64,000 nucleotides of DNA, taken from an uncultured virus (IMG/VR IMGVR_UViG_3300050138_000133). Lineage: Duplodnaviria > Heunggongvirae > Uroviricota > Caudoviricetes. Position 1 is the stretch's first letter. The number at the start of each line of letters is the position of its first letter. Both the position numbers and the translations under genes were made by a program. Positions 55,901-64,000 of the stretch are shown here, piece after piece. Location of the stretch: IMG/VR virus record IMGVR_UViG_3300050138_000133. The stretch is one strand, 5' to 3'. The notes below the pieces were generated by a model. The model saw only the letters and a list, made by a program, of their open reading frames with translations. It did not search any database and was not told the DNA's origin.

Positions 55901-57845
55901 AGAAGCTACCGAAATACCTTGTGCCGCTCGCATCAACGAAATTATTTGCCTGCCCGATCAGCATCGTATTAGATGGAAAGGCCGTGTTCCAAAGTTCGTT
56001 ACCAAACTCCCAACTTGGAATTAAATTGCTGTTGAATTGCGCAATAGCAGCGTTCGCCATCGCGGTCACTTGCGTACCAAAATGAGTCAGATCAAATGGT
56101 GTCGTGCACCATCCTCCTGGCCCGTTTACATCTCCAACCGCGTATTGTCCGTTGCTGGTAACCGCTCCCCAACTGCTAGAGTCGCAATGCAAGAGTTCAA
56201 CCGTATAATTTGTGACTGCGCCCACCGTGAACTGAGTGTGATTGACCTGCGACGTCGCCTTGAATGTTCCGCCCGTACCGCTAAAGGTAATCGGTGTTCC
56301 CGCTAATGCATTTGCAAGCGTGTTCGATACCTGAAACGAATTTGTCAGAAGCGTTGCGCCGGAAGTCACATAGTAATTTTGCCCCGGGGATGTGTTCCCG
56401 CCACCGTTAGGGAAGCTAATGTTCTGCCCAGCCGGGAACCCATGCGCCGTCCATGTGACATTGTTAGCACCGCCAACGGCTATGACCGCGCTATTATTGG
56501 TGATAAAAGGAACGCCCAGATTAGTCCGATACAGATTTACGATGATCTGATCGCCGGTAACGAAATTATGCTTCGCCGGGATCTGAAGCGGACTAGCCGG
56601 ATTCCCTATCGTCAGTACGGCGTTGGAGCCGGGCGAGCTTTTCGTTATCCCGATAAAAGGAGATGATTTAGTAACCGTAAAGGCGTGAGGTATGTTCAGC
56701 CAAGGGCGCTTGTTCGTGCGGTTCGCAAGCTGCGCCAAAACTGCGAACGGAACCGGACTGACAACCTGTGGCGCGTAGTTCCCACCGTCTGATCCCCATC
56801 TATTATATGAGACGGCAGGCCATTGCGAAAAACTATTGAAGTCAATGTCTCCGTTTGTTTGAAACCAATCCATGGTACGGATGACGCCCGTCGCGGCGCT
56901 CAACATGGATTGGTAGGTCTTGCCTCCATAGATGCCAGCGTTCCACGCGGCCAGTTCACCGACATGACCATCAATCGTAACCGGGTTTGCTGATCCGGAA
57001 TCGTTATTCGGCCCCCAATAAATTTGCTTTGGAGGATTGCTGAGGTCTGCCGTAGGGACAGTAATCGTAAAATACACGAGTAGATTGTCGAGGCTGCTGG
57101 TCCATGTAAAGTTGGCCGTGGCCGGCGCGGTGGCGTTTGTAGTGCCATTCGCAACCGAAGCTGTCCCGGTGCCCGCCGCCCATTGGATAGAAAATTTCTG
57201 TCCATTCCTTGAAAAGCCGGGAGGAACGTTCGCGCCGGAAGTGAAATCGAGACCATACGTGTACTGCTGGTAGGAAGCGCTGGTTACGTGAGGAATGTTT
57301 GCTTGCAGATCACCATTCGCATCAATAAACTGGAGCACATTGCTGTTAGCGCCGTGCAGCGACGAGCCTTTATCTGGTGGATTTCCTCCATTCAACAATA
57401 CGATCAGATCGGCAACGTTGGGGGTTCCGATCCCTGCGGTTCCAATCCAAGAAAAGGTATTCGCTCCATCAACAACAACGTCAGCGTTTCCGCTGTGGGT
57501 CCATCCCGATAGCGACGTTCCGCCGTTCTTGACGTTGTTGACCGTGATCGTCCAGCCTCCAACACCCGTTACGCCAAAGGGCTGGTTTGCATAATTGGGA
57601 TTGTAAAGACCATGGGCGGCTGAGGTCGTGGCTTGCAGCCATCCCGAAACTGTTGGATGGGCAGCAATCGAGGTGATGAACCCTGCGTAAGTCAATGTCC
57701 ATGTCGGAGCGCCGCCACTTTTAACCCAATTGTTGAACGGCTGTAGATTAGTATAATAGCCAATTCCGTTTAGACCAATTTGATTGTTCCCAAAGATGGC
57801 TGAGAAGGCGGCGGTGGTCACAAAACTAAGTAATCCAACAGTCAT
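52983..57845 (-). CDS. 1620-aa multi-domain glycoside hydrolase-like protein with inserted SGNH esterase
   Basis: QPFNNWVK, IRTMDWFQTN, LANRT..PWLNIPH, EFGNELWN, QYEGA; VGDSRAWG, GIND, DGLH. Confidence 0.8.
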   Translation of the reverse strand: MTVGLLSFVTTAAFSAIFGNNQIGLNGIGYYTNLQPFNNWVKSGGAPTWTLTYAGFITSIAAHPTVSGWLQATTSAAHGLYNPNYANQPFGVTGVGGWTITVNNVKNGGTSLSGWTHSGNADVVVDGANTFSWIGTAGIGTPNVADLIVLLNGGNPPDKGSSLHGANSNVLQFIDANGDLQANIPHVTSASYQQYTYGLDFTSGANVPPGFSRNGQKFSIQWAAGTGTASVANGTTNATAPATANFTWTSSLDNLLVYFTITVPTADLSNPPKQIYWGPNNDSGSANPVTIDGHVGELAAWNAGIYGGKTYQSMLSAATGVIRTMDWFQTNGDIDFNSFSQWPAVSYNRWGSDGGNYAPQVVSPVPFAVLAQLANRTNKRPWLNIPHAFTVTKSSPFIGITKSSPGSNAVLTIGNPASPLQIPAKHNFVTGDQIIVNLYRTNLGVPFITNNSAVIAVGGANNVTWTAHGFPAGQNISFPNGGGNTSPGQNYYVTSGATLLTNSFQVSNTLANALAGTPITFSGTGGTFKATSQVNHTQFTVGAVTNYTVELLHCDSSSWGAVTSNGQYAVGDVNGPGGWCTTPFDLTHFGTQVTAMANAAIAQFNSNLIPSWEFGNELWNTAFPSNTMLIGQANNFVDASGTRYFGSFFDKMSGYLAAHAFNTIRTAFGGAGGRAKWVGNLSTQSGSPRTTLDNFTGMDKYIADFIPTLNRNDLFDNVSTTGYWGGGIYQGNGKYFITSASATTFTIDAANTAPSTVTIPSNSNTSASNPHWQYPFLPIIFGGSGTFPNDIATGVPLVGGNGGQLTGFNISGINSSGVMNVTTVDNFPTNTLAAGQSIWLSTSNAACSFWGFTYRKITAQLTAVSGTGGTGTYQTDSNVVQGAANGMLAEDTSLGNGVYWTLPPSTSTTMQFCRHETLARFTGSISNTPGGSYTGQVATKSRMSTILDTTNKQIMSRSHHISRDTISSLKVGIPNWYWNLNGDKLEHGSGGNITYTASIEYPAGTFTQVKFSAATSGVASTNTTLTSDSVSVSIPINTAFWVRIFGTAAVGTVYLAGIASPSSPQCDIGNGEAVALAASGLTDQTMSGTITPTSSGDARQVLSPVFITGTTSKASVLIVGDSRAWGYRDQFTSSGDLGEIARSIGPSLSYISVASAGDALGTFISSHANRVAMGAYVSHVISEYGINDLRASAGGQNRTAAAVLTDLQTVYGYYSANKIYQSTIPPAATSTDSFATLVNQTTDANSAQIALYNNTIRAGQANTVGHFEVASTIESSYNSGKWKVDGTASKYTVDGLHEQTFAYQAIASSGAINPAVLFNGTVTLTVTTAPLAGTPQIAAFKNVGGIGVTEATVISGSGSTWSLNGSAQTVTNAAGLINNMGAYNPVVLDTSNQGSGTFVCQWGGATLLRRWMNDSAALAISTPATWHNKYAYWNYKVNEQLSYGTDAFGGAPIKPFNGGPGSGYSGYFITDMPPLLIGGTGGAGTSAMPNPPGLVQYEGANGNYPVGIVAGLSGLAMLNDPQFYEFLPQCVGTNEQAALWTLQQQVWLAMPAYASNAPYSYNVTGFAVKEQAWFTDVINVTAKFQFGSLYFCDDVSGFGSPNWQQPVNGHPTYDALVASN

Positions 57846-58628
57846 TTACCAGCGCGCCACAAGGTAGGCGTCAAGCAGCGCAATATTAGTCGGCGTCATT
57901 GCATCCTTTGTGAAAATAATTTCAGAAATGGCACCACCCCAGGAAACGTTCCCGAGAACGCCGCCGCTGCCAACACTAGTTCCTACCCCGATATAACCCG
58001 CCGATATTGCGGAATCGGTCACAGCCGCACTAGTTCCAGCCACGCCATTGATATAACTGTTAACGGTAGAGCCATTAGCCACACCGCCGAATCTGGCTTC
58101 TGTTGCAAGTGAAACCGATGAAGGCGTTGCGTTGTTGGTGGTCGCTCCCTTTTCAGCGTAAGTAGCGCTGGTGGCATTATTTCGTATTACGGGGATAAAC
58201 GAGCCAGTAGAAACATCGGCCGAGGAAGGGCCCACATAAGCTAATGCTCGGCCGAAGGCGTTGGTATTGGTTGTCATCGTACCGATGAAAAAAGCCGATC
58301 CCGAAGTCCCGGTGCCCCACGCCACCCCCGCCGCAGTAATCATTCCATTGTGACTCGCCGCATTGAATACAAGCGTAGGCTTGCTATTAAGTCCGCCTGA
58401 CTGGAACGTTGGACAATTGCTTGAACTTGGCGTTCGAATTAGATTATAGCCGTTGCCGCTCTGATCGTTCCATTGCACGGCGCGCGTTGCAGTCGGGCAA
58501 GATGTAAAGCCAAGATCACTATAAACCCCGACATCAGCCTTGTACCAGGCTAGGAGATTTGGCAGAGACGTAGGCGTCCATGTCGAAATCGAACCCGTAT
58601 CACCTGCTCCCATTAAAAGGAACGACAT
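57846..58628 (-). CDS. LamG/concanavalin-like protein
   Basis: LLAWYKAD.G...WNDQSGNG...GAISEII...YL..RW. Confidence 0.8.
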   Translation of the reverse strand: MSFLLMGAGDTGSISTWTPTSLPNLLAWYKADVGVYSDLGFTSCPTATRAVQWNDQSGNGYNLIRTPSSSNCPTFQSGGLNSKPTLVFNAASHNGMITAAGVAWGTGTSGSAFFIGTMTTNTNAFGRALAYVGPSSADVSTGSFIPVIRNNATSATYAEKGATTNNATPSSVSLATEARFGGVANGSTVNSYINGVAGTSAAVTDSAISAGYIGVGTSVGSGGVLGNVSWGGAISEIIFTKDAMTPTNIALLDAYLVARW

Positions 58629-59674
58629 TATGCGAACTGCACGTTGAGTGTAGTTCCGACCGCAACAGCAGTGGCATCGGCATCCGCCGCCAGATTGGTG
58701 AAGGTATAAGAAATGGCCGTTCCGAACACGATGCCAACGGGGAACGCAATCGCAATACCTGAACCAGTCGTCGCCGTGGTTGGAACCGGAATGGTCACAA
58801 GCGGAACGGTTGTTCCGACTGAAACGCTACCGGATGCAGTGTTGTATATCTTGAGGTAGATCGGAGCCGCACCGGTATTGACCGCCTGCACGCCGTAGAG
58901 CGTTCCGGCAGATGCCTTGATAGCAACGGCTGCGGGACCACTGGTTACACTGAAGAAGTGCAAATTAGTTGCGCCACCCGTAGCAGCGGCGCCGGGTGAT
59001 ACCGGCTGAGTGGCCTGCCAGAACGTACCGGAAACTGGCTGCGTGGCTAGCCAGAACGTGCCGGAAACCGGCAATAGTGTTCCTGACCCGTCGATCTTCA
59101 AACCCCCGCCGGTCCCGAGCGCGGGCGGCAGAAGCGTAATCAAGGAACTGATGCGCTGTGCAATACGCTGCAAGCGACCGTTTAGACCGCTGGAGGCTGT
59201 ATCCGATCCTGGGGCGGTTTCAGTGATGATACCGACACGGGCGACATCTTCAAACGATGCCGTGACCGGGGCAGAACCTGCAGCCGCCTTCGAATCGTTC
59301 GTGTTCGCATTCGTAATGACAACATTAATGCCCGCCGCGAGCAGCTTCACCAAACCGCGAAGATATTGCTGCAACGTGCCGGTTGCGTCCGTGATGACGG
59401 CCGTTCCGGTCGTTACGCCAAAAGTGGCGTTAGCTCCATCGATAAGAGTCGCAGTAATCCGCTGTGCGATACGCTGCAGTCGACCATTTAATCCCGACGA
59501 TGCCGTGTCAGTAGCTGGTGCGGTTTCAGTCAGGCCACCAATGCTATCTCCGCCCGAAAGGTCGCCTGGGGACACCATTATGACTTGGCGCTGTTCGTGA
59601 ATCCCCGACGCGGCGAACGTGTCGCGCGTTTCAACAATCGCGCCTGTGCCGGGAAGCGTTACATCGTTAGCCAT
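58628..59674 (-). CDS. Fibre-like structural protein with internal repeats
   Basis: TETAP..DTASSGLNGRLQRIAQRI twice; TQPVSGTFW repeats; IKASAGTLYG...YLKIYN. Confidence 0.75.
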   Translation of the reverse strand: MANDVTLPGTGAIVETRDTFAASGIHEQRQVIMVSPGDLSGGDSIGGLTETAPATDTASSGLNGRLQRIAQRITATLIDGANATFGVTTGTAVITDATGTLQQYLRGLVKLLAAGINVVITNANTNDSKAAAGSAPVTASFEDVARVGIITETAPGSDTASSGLNGRLQRIAQRISSLITLLPPALGTGGGLKIDGSGTLLPVSGTFWLATQPVSGTFWQATQPVSPGAAATGGATNLHFFSVTSGPAAVAIKASAGTLYGVQAVNTGAAPIYLKIYNTASGSVSVGTTVPLVTIPVPTTATTGSGIAIAFPVGIVFGTAISYTFTNLAADADATAVAVGTTLNVQFA

Positions 59675-59699
59675 TTTGTGCCCTTCTCCGTTTTATACG

Positions 59700-60179
59700 T
59701 TACGAGATGCGGATGAGCGCCAGCGTCGATGAATTGGTCGGCAAAATAACGGTGAACGTGCCGGCGGCAACGGATTGAGTGCCGCCAAAATCGAAGGTGC
59801 CAACGGTGCGACCAGCGACTCCGGTGCCGGCGTCGGCCGTCGAGATCACCGCTGAGGTCGCGGAGAATGTCGCCGTCGTCCAATTCGGATTGACGGAGAA
59901 TGACGTTATGGCGACGCCGGATGATAGCGCGGGCGCGACATTGGTTAGCGCAAAGCCAAGCGTGGTATAACCGGCGCCAGAGACTTCGTCGGTGCCGACG
60001 TTACTGACGGTCGGCGCGCTGCTGCCCGGAGTGCCGATATTGGCCAGCGTATTATCGTAGGTGCCGCCCGGCGTAACTTTGATGAGCAACATTTTGTAGG
60101 CAAGACCGCCGGTTTTAAAGTTGTGGCCACCTTCGAGGCAGGCGCGCTTGAAGTCTTGGCTGAGTGCGGTGGTGGCCAT
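59700..60179 (-). CDS. Conserved phage structural (appendage base-like) protein
   Basis: FK...G.HNF...EVSGAGYT..G..L...DFGG. Confidence 0.75.
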   Translation of the reverse strand: MATTALSQDFKRACLEGGHNFKTGGLAYKMLLIKVTPGGTYDNTLANIGTPGSSAPTVSNVGTDEVSGAGYTTLGFALTNVAPALSSGVAITSFSVNPNWTTATFSATSAVISTADAGTGVAGRTVGTFDFGGTQSVAAGTFTVILPTNSSTLALIRIS

Positions 60180-60270
60180 GTTTCAGTCTCCCAAAATAAA
60201 AACTACGGCGCGCGCCGCGGCCGATATGATGACGATGATTGCGAGTGAGGGTTAGGAGACCAGACGAATG

Positions 60271-60699
60271 TCAGGCCGAGAGACGGGCTGCTGCCTTATG
60301 CACGTCACGATGGACGTTCATCTGCGAGCGCGTTTCGTGTTCAAGTTCCTGCATGATCGCGGCCTGCACGTCGGCGCGCTCGAAATGCGCAGCCAAGCCG
60401 TGGCCCTCATTATACGAGGCCGCGACGATCTCTTTCAGAATCGCAGCATCGACAACCGCTGTCAGCGGGTGATCGTACCTAGCCGCGCCATGCTCCGCGA
60501 GTGCGGACTGCTCAGAATTTTCAACATCTGTGTGATGCTTGACGAGAATAGCTTCGACCGCCTTACGGAAGGCGCGCGAGGCGTTGACAAGATCAATCGG
60601 GGCATTCTCGCCAACTACAACGATTTTTTCGGCGGTAACTTCCGCGTGGAAGTCGGCGGGATGGAAATTGTTACCGTTCGTAATCATGACGCGGGTCAT
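60271..60699 (-). CDS. Hypothetical protein
   Basis: AGGAG RBS; VMITNG..HPA.FHAE.TA. Confidence 0.75.
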   Translation of the reverse strand: MTRVMITNGNNFHPADFHAEVTAEKIVVVGENAPIDLVNASRAFRKAVEAILVKHHTDVENSEQSALAEHGAARYDHPLTAVVDAAILKEIVAASYNEGHGLAAHFERADVQAAIMQELEHETRSQMNVHRDVHKAAARLSA

Positions 60700-60750
60700 C
60701 GATATCTCCTGTCTACATAATTCTAATTTGAAGAAGGTGCGCCGCTAGGG

Positions 60751-62304
60751 TTAGGGGTAAGACCCGTATCCTGTGGTCGGATTATGGTTGTAGTATTTGA
60801 TCGATGACAGAACCTGCTCGCCTGTGAGGTCAATCAACGTCGATCCACCCCGGATCAGTTTTATTTCCTGCGATCCCGCGTTGAACGCCACACGAGTATG
60901 GGTCATTCCAGATGGGACGGCGGTATCAGTAGTAGTTCCGCCGCTGATGACCCGCAGAATAGCCGGCGCGGTCAACCGTGTAGTTACATAGATATTGTCG
61001 ACCAGATCGAAGAACGCTGTTGTTACGCTAAGATTAGAGAATGCCCGACTTGTGATTGTCGATGTTTCAAAGGTCGAATAGGTGCCCGTTCCGCCGCTGC
61101 CGTTTCCATCAAACGCGCTCACCGTGACGTTGCCGCCGGTGCTTGTTAGAACTTGGCCCAAGTAGATCGGGCCGCCTGATGCGGCTGTCACGGTCAACGT
61201 CTTTGACGAGTGCGACGCGGTTAACGCAGTGGCTGTTGGAGTAGCCGCTGCGGGCTGCGTCCGGTAGCAGTAGAAAACTTCATCCGAAATGATTGCCGGC
61301 TGCCCGAGGGTCTTGAACTGCGAGATAAAGCTCTTGTGGAACTTCGCAAACCCAATGTGCGGCGACTGCGCGGGCCACGCATAAGTCCCGGCTCCATTTA
61401 ATGCCATCAACGAAGGATCGGCCGGCGTGATATAGGACTCTCCTATGTCGTTCCATGTGCATAGAAGCACCCAGGGCGGCTTCTGCGTGTTGATGATCGA
61501 GGCCCACTGCGCCGCAATACCTTCGTAGCCGAAACGTTCAACAGCAAGTATGGATGTTTTGGAGAAACTGGTTTGTGCGTAATAGCTGTTGAGTCCCGCA
61601 AGATATATCCGGCTGTTGTCGCGCATGACCTGCGCGTAGGCTTCCTCCGATGTGATGAGATCGCCGGTCGAGCCATTCGAATTGATCGCCAGCCCGTCGA
61701 AGACGAAGTAAAATAGCCCGCTGGCGACGCTGTTCCACCACGTACTGAAATCGCTGGTGATCTCCGCATAGGTCGGGTTGTCGGTGTTGATCTGCCCGCC
61801 TGTTGGGCGTCGCGTTACGAAGTTAGGATAGAACGAAACCTGAAAGCCGCCACTAAAGACCGAGGCCCAAAAAGTCTGCCCCGCAGCGCTATCCGAACCT
61901 GCTCCATGCTCCCCACTACTGGTCGTCAGAAACGGCTTACTGGCAAACCAGTAATAATTAGTGCTACTGACCCCTGTGGACGTGGCGGGAGCCGTTCCCT
62001 TGAAGGTATTAACCATGTTCTGCACGTCAGCAGCGACGAGTGCACCGCCCACCTCCGCTGACATGAATAATTTAAATTTAGTCCCATCCGAATTGTTCGA
62101 TGCAGCCTGTGCAGCGGCGAACATCGCAGCAGCATGGGTTTGATAGTTTGAATCCCATGCGCCGGCCGCTATCGCAAAGCCGTCAATCCCTAGCGCCTGC
62201 GCGTCAATAATGTCTTGCGCGTAGTTGGCCTGCAAGAACCCGTAGGTGCTGGTTGCAAGCATATAGTACGCGAACACCATCGGCGTTTGGTGCTGGGTAA
62301 ACAT
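60751..62304 (-). CDS. Glycoside hydrolase family 71-like (alpha-1,3-glucanase) protein
   Basis: VFAYYM...DIIDAQALGIDGFA...FKLFMSA...KPFLTT...TWNDIGESYI.P...FY.YR..P. Confidence 0.85.
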   Translation of the reverse strand: MFTQHQTPMVFAYYMLATSTYGFLQANYAQDIIDAQALGIDGFAIAAGAWDSNYQTHAAAMFAAAQAASNNSDGTKFKLFMSAEVGGALVAADVQNMVNTFKGTAPATSTGVSSTNYYWFASKPFLTTSSGEHGAGSDSAAGQTFWASVFSGGFQVSFYPNFVTRRPTGGQINTDNPTYAEITSDFSTWWNSVASGLFYFVFDGLAINSNGSTGDLITSEEAYAQVMRDNSRIYLAGLNSYYAQTSFSKTSILAVERFGYEGIAAQWASIINTQKPPWVLLCTWNDIGESYITPADPSLMALNGAGTYAWPAQSPHIGFAKFHKSFISQFKTLGQPAIISDEVFYCYRTQPAAATPTATALTASHSSKTLTVTAASGGPIYLGQVLTSTGGNVTVSAFDGNGSGGTGTYSTFETSTITSRAFSNLSVTTAFFDLVDNIYVTTRLTAPAILRVISGGTTTDTAVPSGMTHTRVAFNAGSQEIKLIRGGSTLIDLTGEQVLSSIKYYNHNPTTGYGSYP

Positions 62305-64000
62305 CAGGCATCAGCCGCCATTGCGCGGATAGAGGGCTGGGTTTGTCCGGTTGACCAGTAATGCTCCCAAGTATGGTAGCGTCCGCGCTCTGTGGCAAAA
62401 TTGGTGTTCGTGCTTCGGATTAGTTCGCCTTCGGGAAGCACCCACACCACAGAACCATCGCCGGGATAAGCAACGGCGCCGTTGTATTCTGTTGCGCCGT
62501 CAAGCGCACAGACCGGAGCGAACACATAAGTCTGTACGGTCGTCAGGGAGCTGATCCAGTATTCGGTTGCCATGGTGTCCGACGCAAGAAAGTGATGGTC
62601 CGAATTAGATGTAATGTTCGCTGTGGTAGTCATGCCGTTCGGATTTTGAATAAGGGCGACTTCTCCTCCAATCGTTGCCGCAGAGAATCGCATTGCGACC
62701 GACATCAATTTTGCAGCCGCCAGAAGATCGACGGCGGTATATCCGGCGGTCGTACCGCTGCCGCTGTCCGCCGTGATAAGCCGCTTGGTTGAAATCGTTG
62801 GGACGGTAATGACACCGGCAGCCGCAATCTGCGTATAAGCCTGCCCGGTCGGTGCGGTCCCGATAGCACCGTCTGCACGGTCGAAGTCATCGAAGAACGT
62901 CACACCCGCCTTGGAAAGCGTTGCACACGAGACGCCGGACTGCGCGGTTCGCAGGAACGTGGCCCTGGCAATCGTGGCATTGAGATACCCCGTGGTTCCG
63001 CCGCCGAACTGCCCTTCGTTGAAACCGGTTGGCGAAGTGATGGCTGCCGTGACCGCGGTTTTGCCATTCAGCGACGCTGTGATGCCAGTCGGGGAAATCG
63101 CCAGAACAACAGTTGATCTGGTCAGGATTGGCACCACGCCGATTGTCGTGTCAGTCAGCGTCGATCCGCCGGAAACTACCTTGCACTTGAGCAAGTAGCC
63201 TGACGTGTAAATCTCAATCCGGTTGTTGGCGGCATCGCCCGAAATCCGTTCCTCCCAAACATTGAAGTTTGGATTGAGACGCGGCGCATTGAACGAAAGC
63301 GCAACCGTTCGGTTTACGCTAGCAAAATAGGCCGAGCCGCCCGACAGCAACGCCACATCCGCCGACCGTGTCGCGGCGGGCTGGAAGGTGGAACGATAAG
63401 CAGATTTCTCAATCTGAGGCCGCTCGATGCGGTATTTTGCATTGATCGGCGTTCCGCTAACAACAACGGGATTGATCGGATAGTAGGTAAGCCGCGCCGT
63501 CGTCGCCGGAAGCGTTCTCACATACTGCTGCGGGAACACCTTGTCGCTCTGCGGGGCCGCCCCGGCCTTATAGGTGCTGTTCCCGATCAGTGCCCCGGCT
63601 GCGGTATAGTATTCAAATAACTGATCTGAGGGGCTGTTTATCCCCGTCGATTGGAAGCAGCGAACGAAAGCTGACCCGCACCATACATCCCCAGCGACGC
63701 AAACGGCGCCGCCGGTCCCGGTCGGGTTGACGCCTACATAAAAACCAGCAGTTCCGGTCGGAGTTCCAACGAACGTAAATTCAATACCCGTTGCATCTAG
63801 TGCAGTAATCGTTGTCGTAATCCCGCCCGGCATTCCCTTGAATGTCCAGCTAGTCGGGAATGCGCCACCGGAGCCAATTACCCCGGTCGCAGCGCCCGCT
63901 AATGTCGGGCTTGACGCACTGTTGACAGCCGACGCCTCGATCAGCAGTCCTGCCGAAGCGGCGAATATCTCGTCACAACTGATTCGGGCGGCATTGATCG
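62304..64000 (-). CDS. Head spike/fibre-like LamG protein (5' end outside window)
   Basis: Frame open to the window edge; GLLIEA..N, PQIEK, TRSADV, DDFDRADG. Confidence 0.75.
   Translation of the reverse strand, partial: INAARISCDEIFAASAGLLIEASAVNSASSPTLAGAATGVIGSGGAFPTSWTFKGMPGGITTTITALDATGIEFTFVGTPTGTAGFYVGVNPTGTGGAVCVAGDVWCGSAFVRCFQSTGINSPSDQLFEYYTAAGALIGNSTYKAGAAPQSDKVFPQQYVRTLPATTARLTYYPINPVVVSGTPINAKYRIERPQIEKSAYRSTFQPAATRSADVALLSGGSAYFASVNRTVALSFNAPRLNPNFNVWEERISGDAANNRIEIYTSGYLLKCKVVSGGSTLTDTTIGVVPILTRSTVVLAISPTGITASLNGKTAVTAAITSPTGFNEGQFGGGTTGYLNATIARATFLRTAQSGVSCATLSKAGVTFFDDFDRADGAIGTAPTGQAYTQIAAAGVITVPTISTKRLITADSGSGTTAGYTAVDLLAAAKLMSVAMRFSAATIGGEVALIQNPNGMTTTANITSNSDHHFLASDTMATEYWISSLTTVQTYVFAPVCALDGATEYNGAVAYPGDGSVVWVLPEGELIRSTNTNFATERGRYHTWEHYWSTGQTQPSIRAMAADA

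Noticed and set aside
48026..59600. Long + strand ORFs antisense to tail and appendage genes (e.g. 48026-48676, 59010-59600)
   Set aside because: Antisense shadows of Thr/Gly/Ala-rich genes, without recognisable motifs

Overview
The whole window is one tailed-phage genome segment (siphovirus-type gene order) of an alphaproteobacterial, probably Rhizobiales/Bradyrhizobium-like, host; no host chromosomal flank is visible. Layout: 1-17.0 kb leftward operon (two CII-like genes, GcrA, DnaA C-terminal domain, DUF4326, MT-A70 methyltransferase, DUF1937, HNH-AP2, GapR, replication initiator, Mrr-type nuclease, NusG-like antiterminator, packaging-type HNH near a probable cos end); 17.1-30.1 kb rightward accessory operon of many small genes with a tyrosine recombinase in the middle; 30.2-64 kb leftward late operon (carbohydrate-active appendage genes, neck, tail, tail fibre, lysis). 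Terminase, portal and capsid are not in the window and presumably lie beyond 64 kb. Most notable: (i) gene junctions (stop, RBS, first or last codons) are repeatedly duplicated as 12-55 bp direct repeats around unrelated cargo genes, including a TCC-TGA-CCGACAC microgene array downstream of an apparently arm-less Xis-Int fusion recombinase; (ii) no cI/cro at the divergence point; (iii) a roughly 13 kb polysaccharide-attack locus with a GH71-like gene and a 1620-aa nested glycoside-hydrolase/SGNH protein; (iv) a CtrA box and several host cell-cycle regulator mimics; (v) candidate ncRNAs. All family calls are from motif recognition by eye, not database searches.
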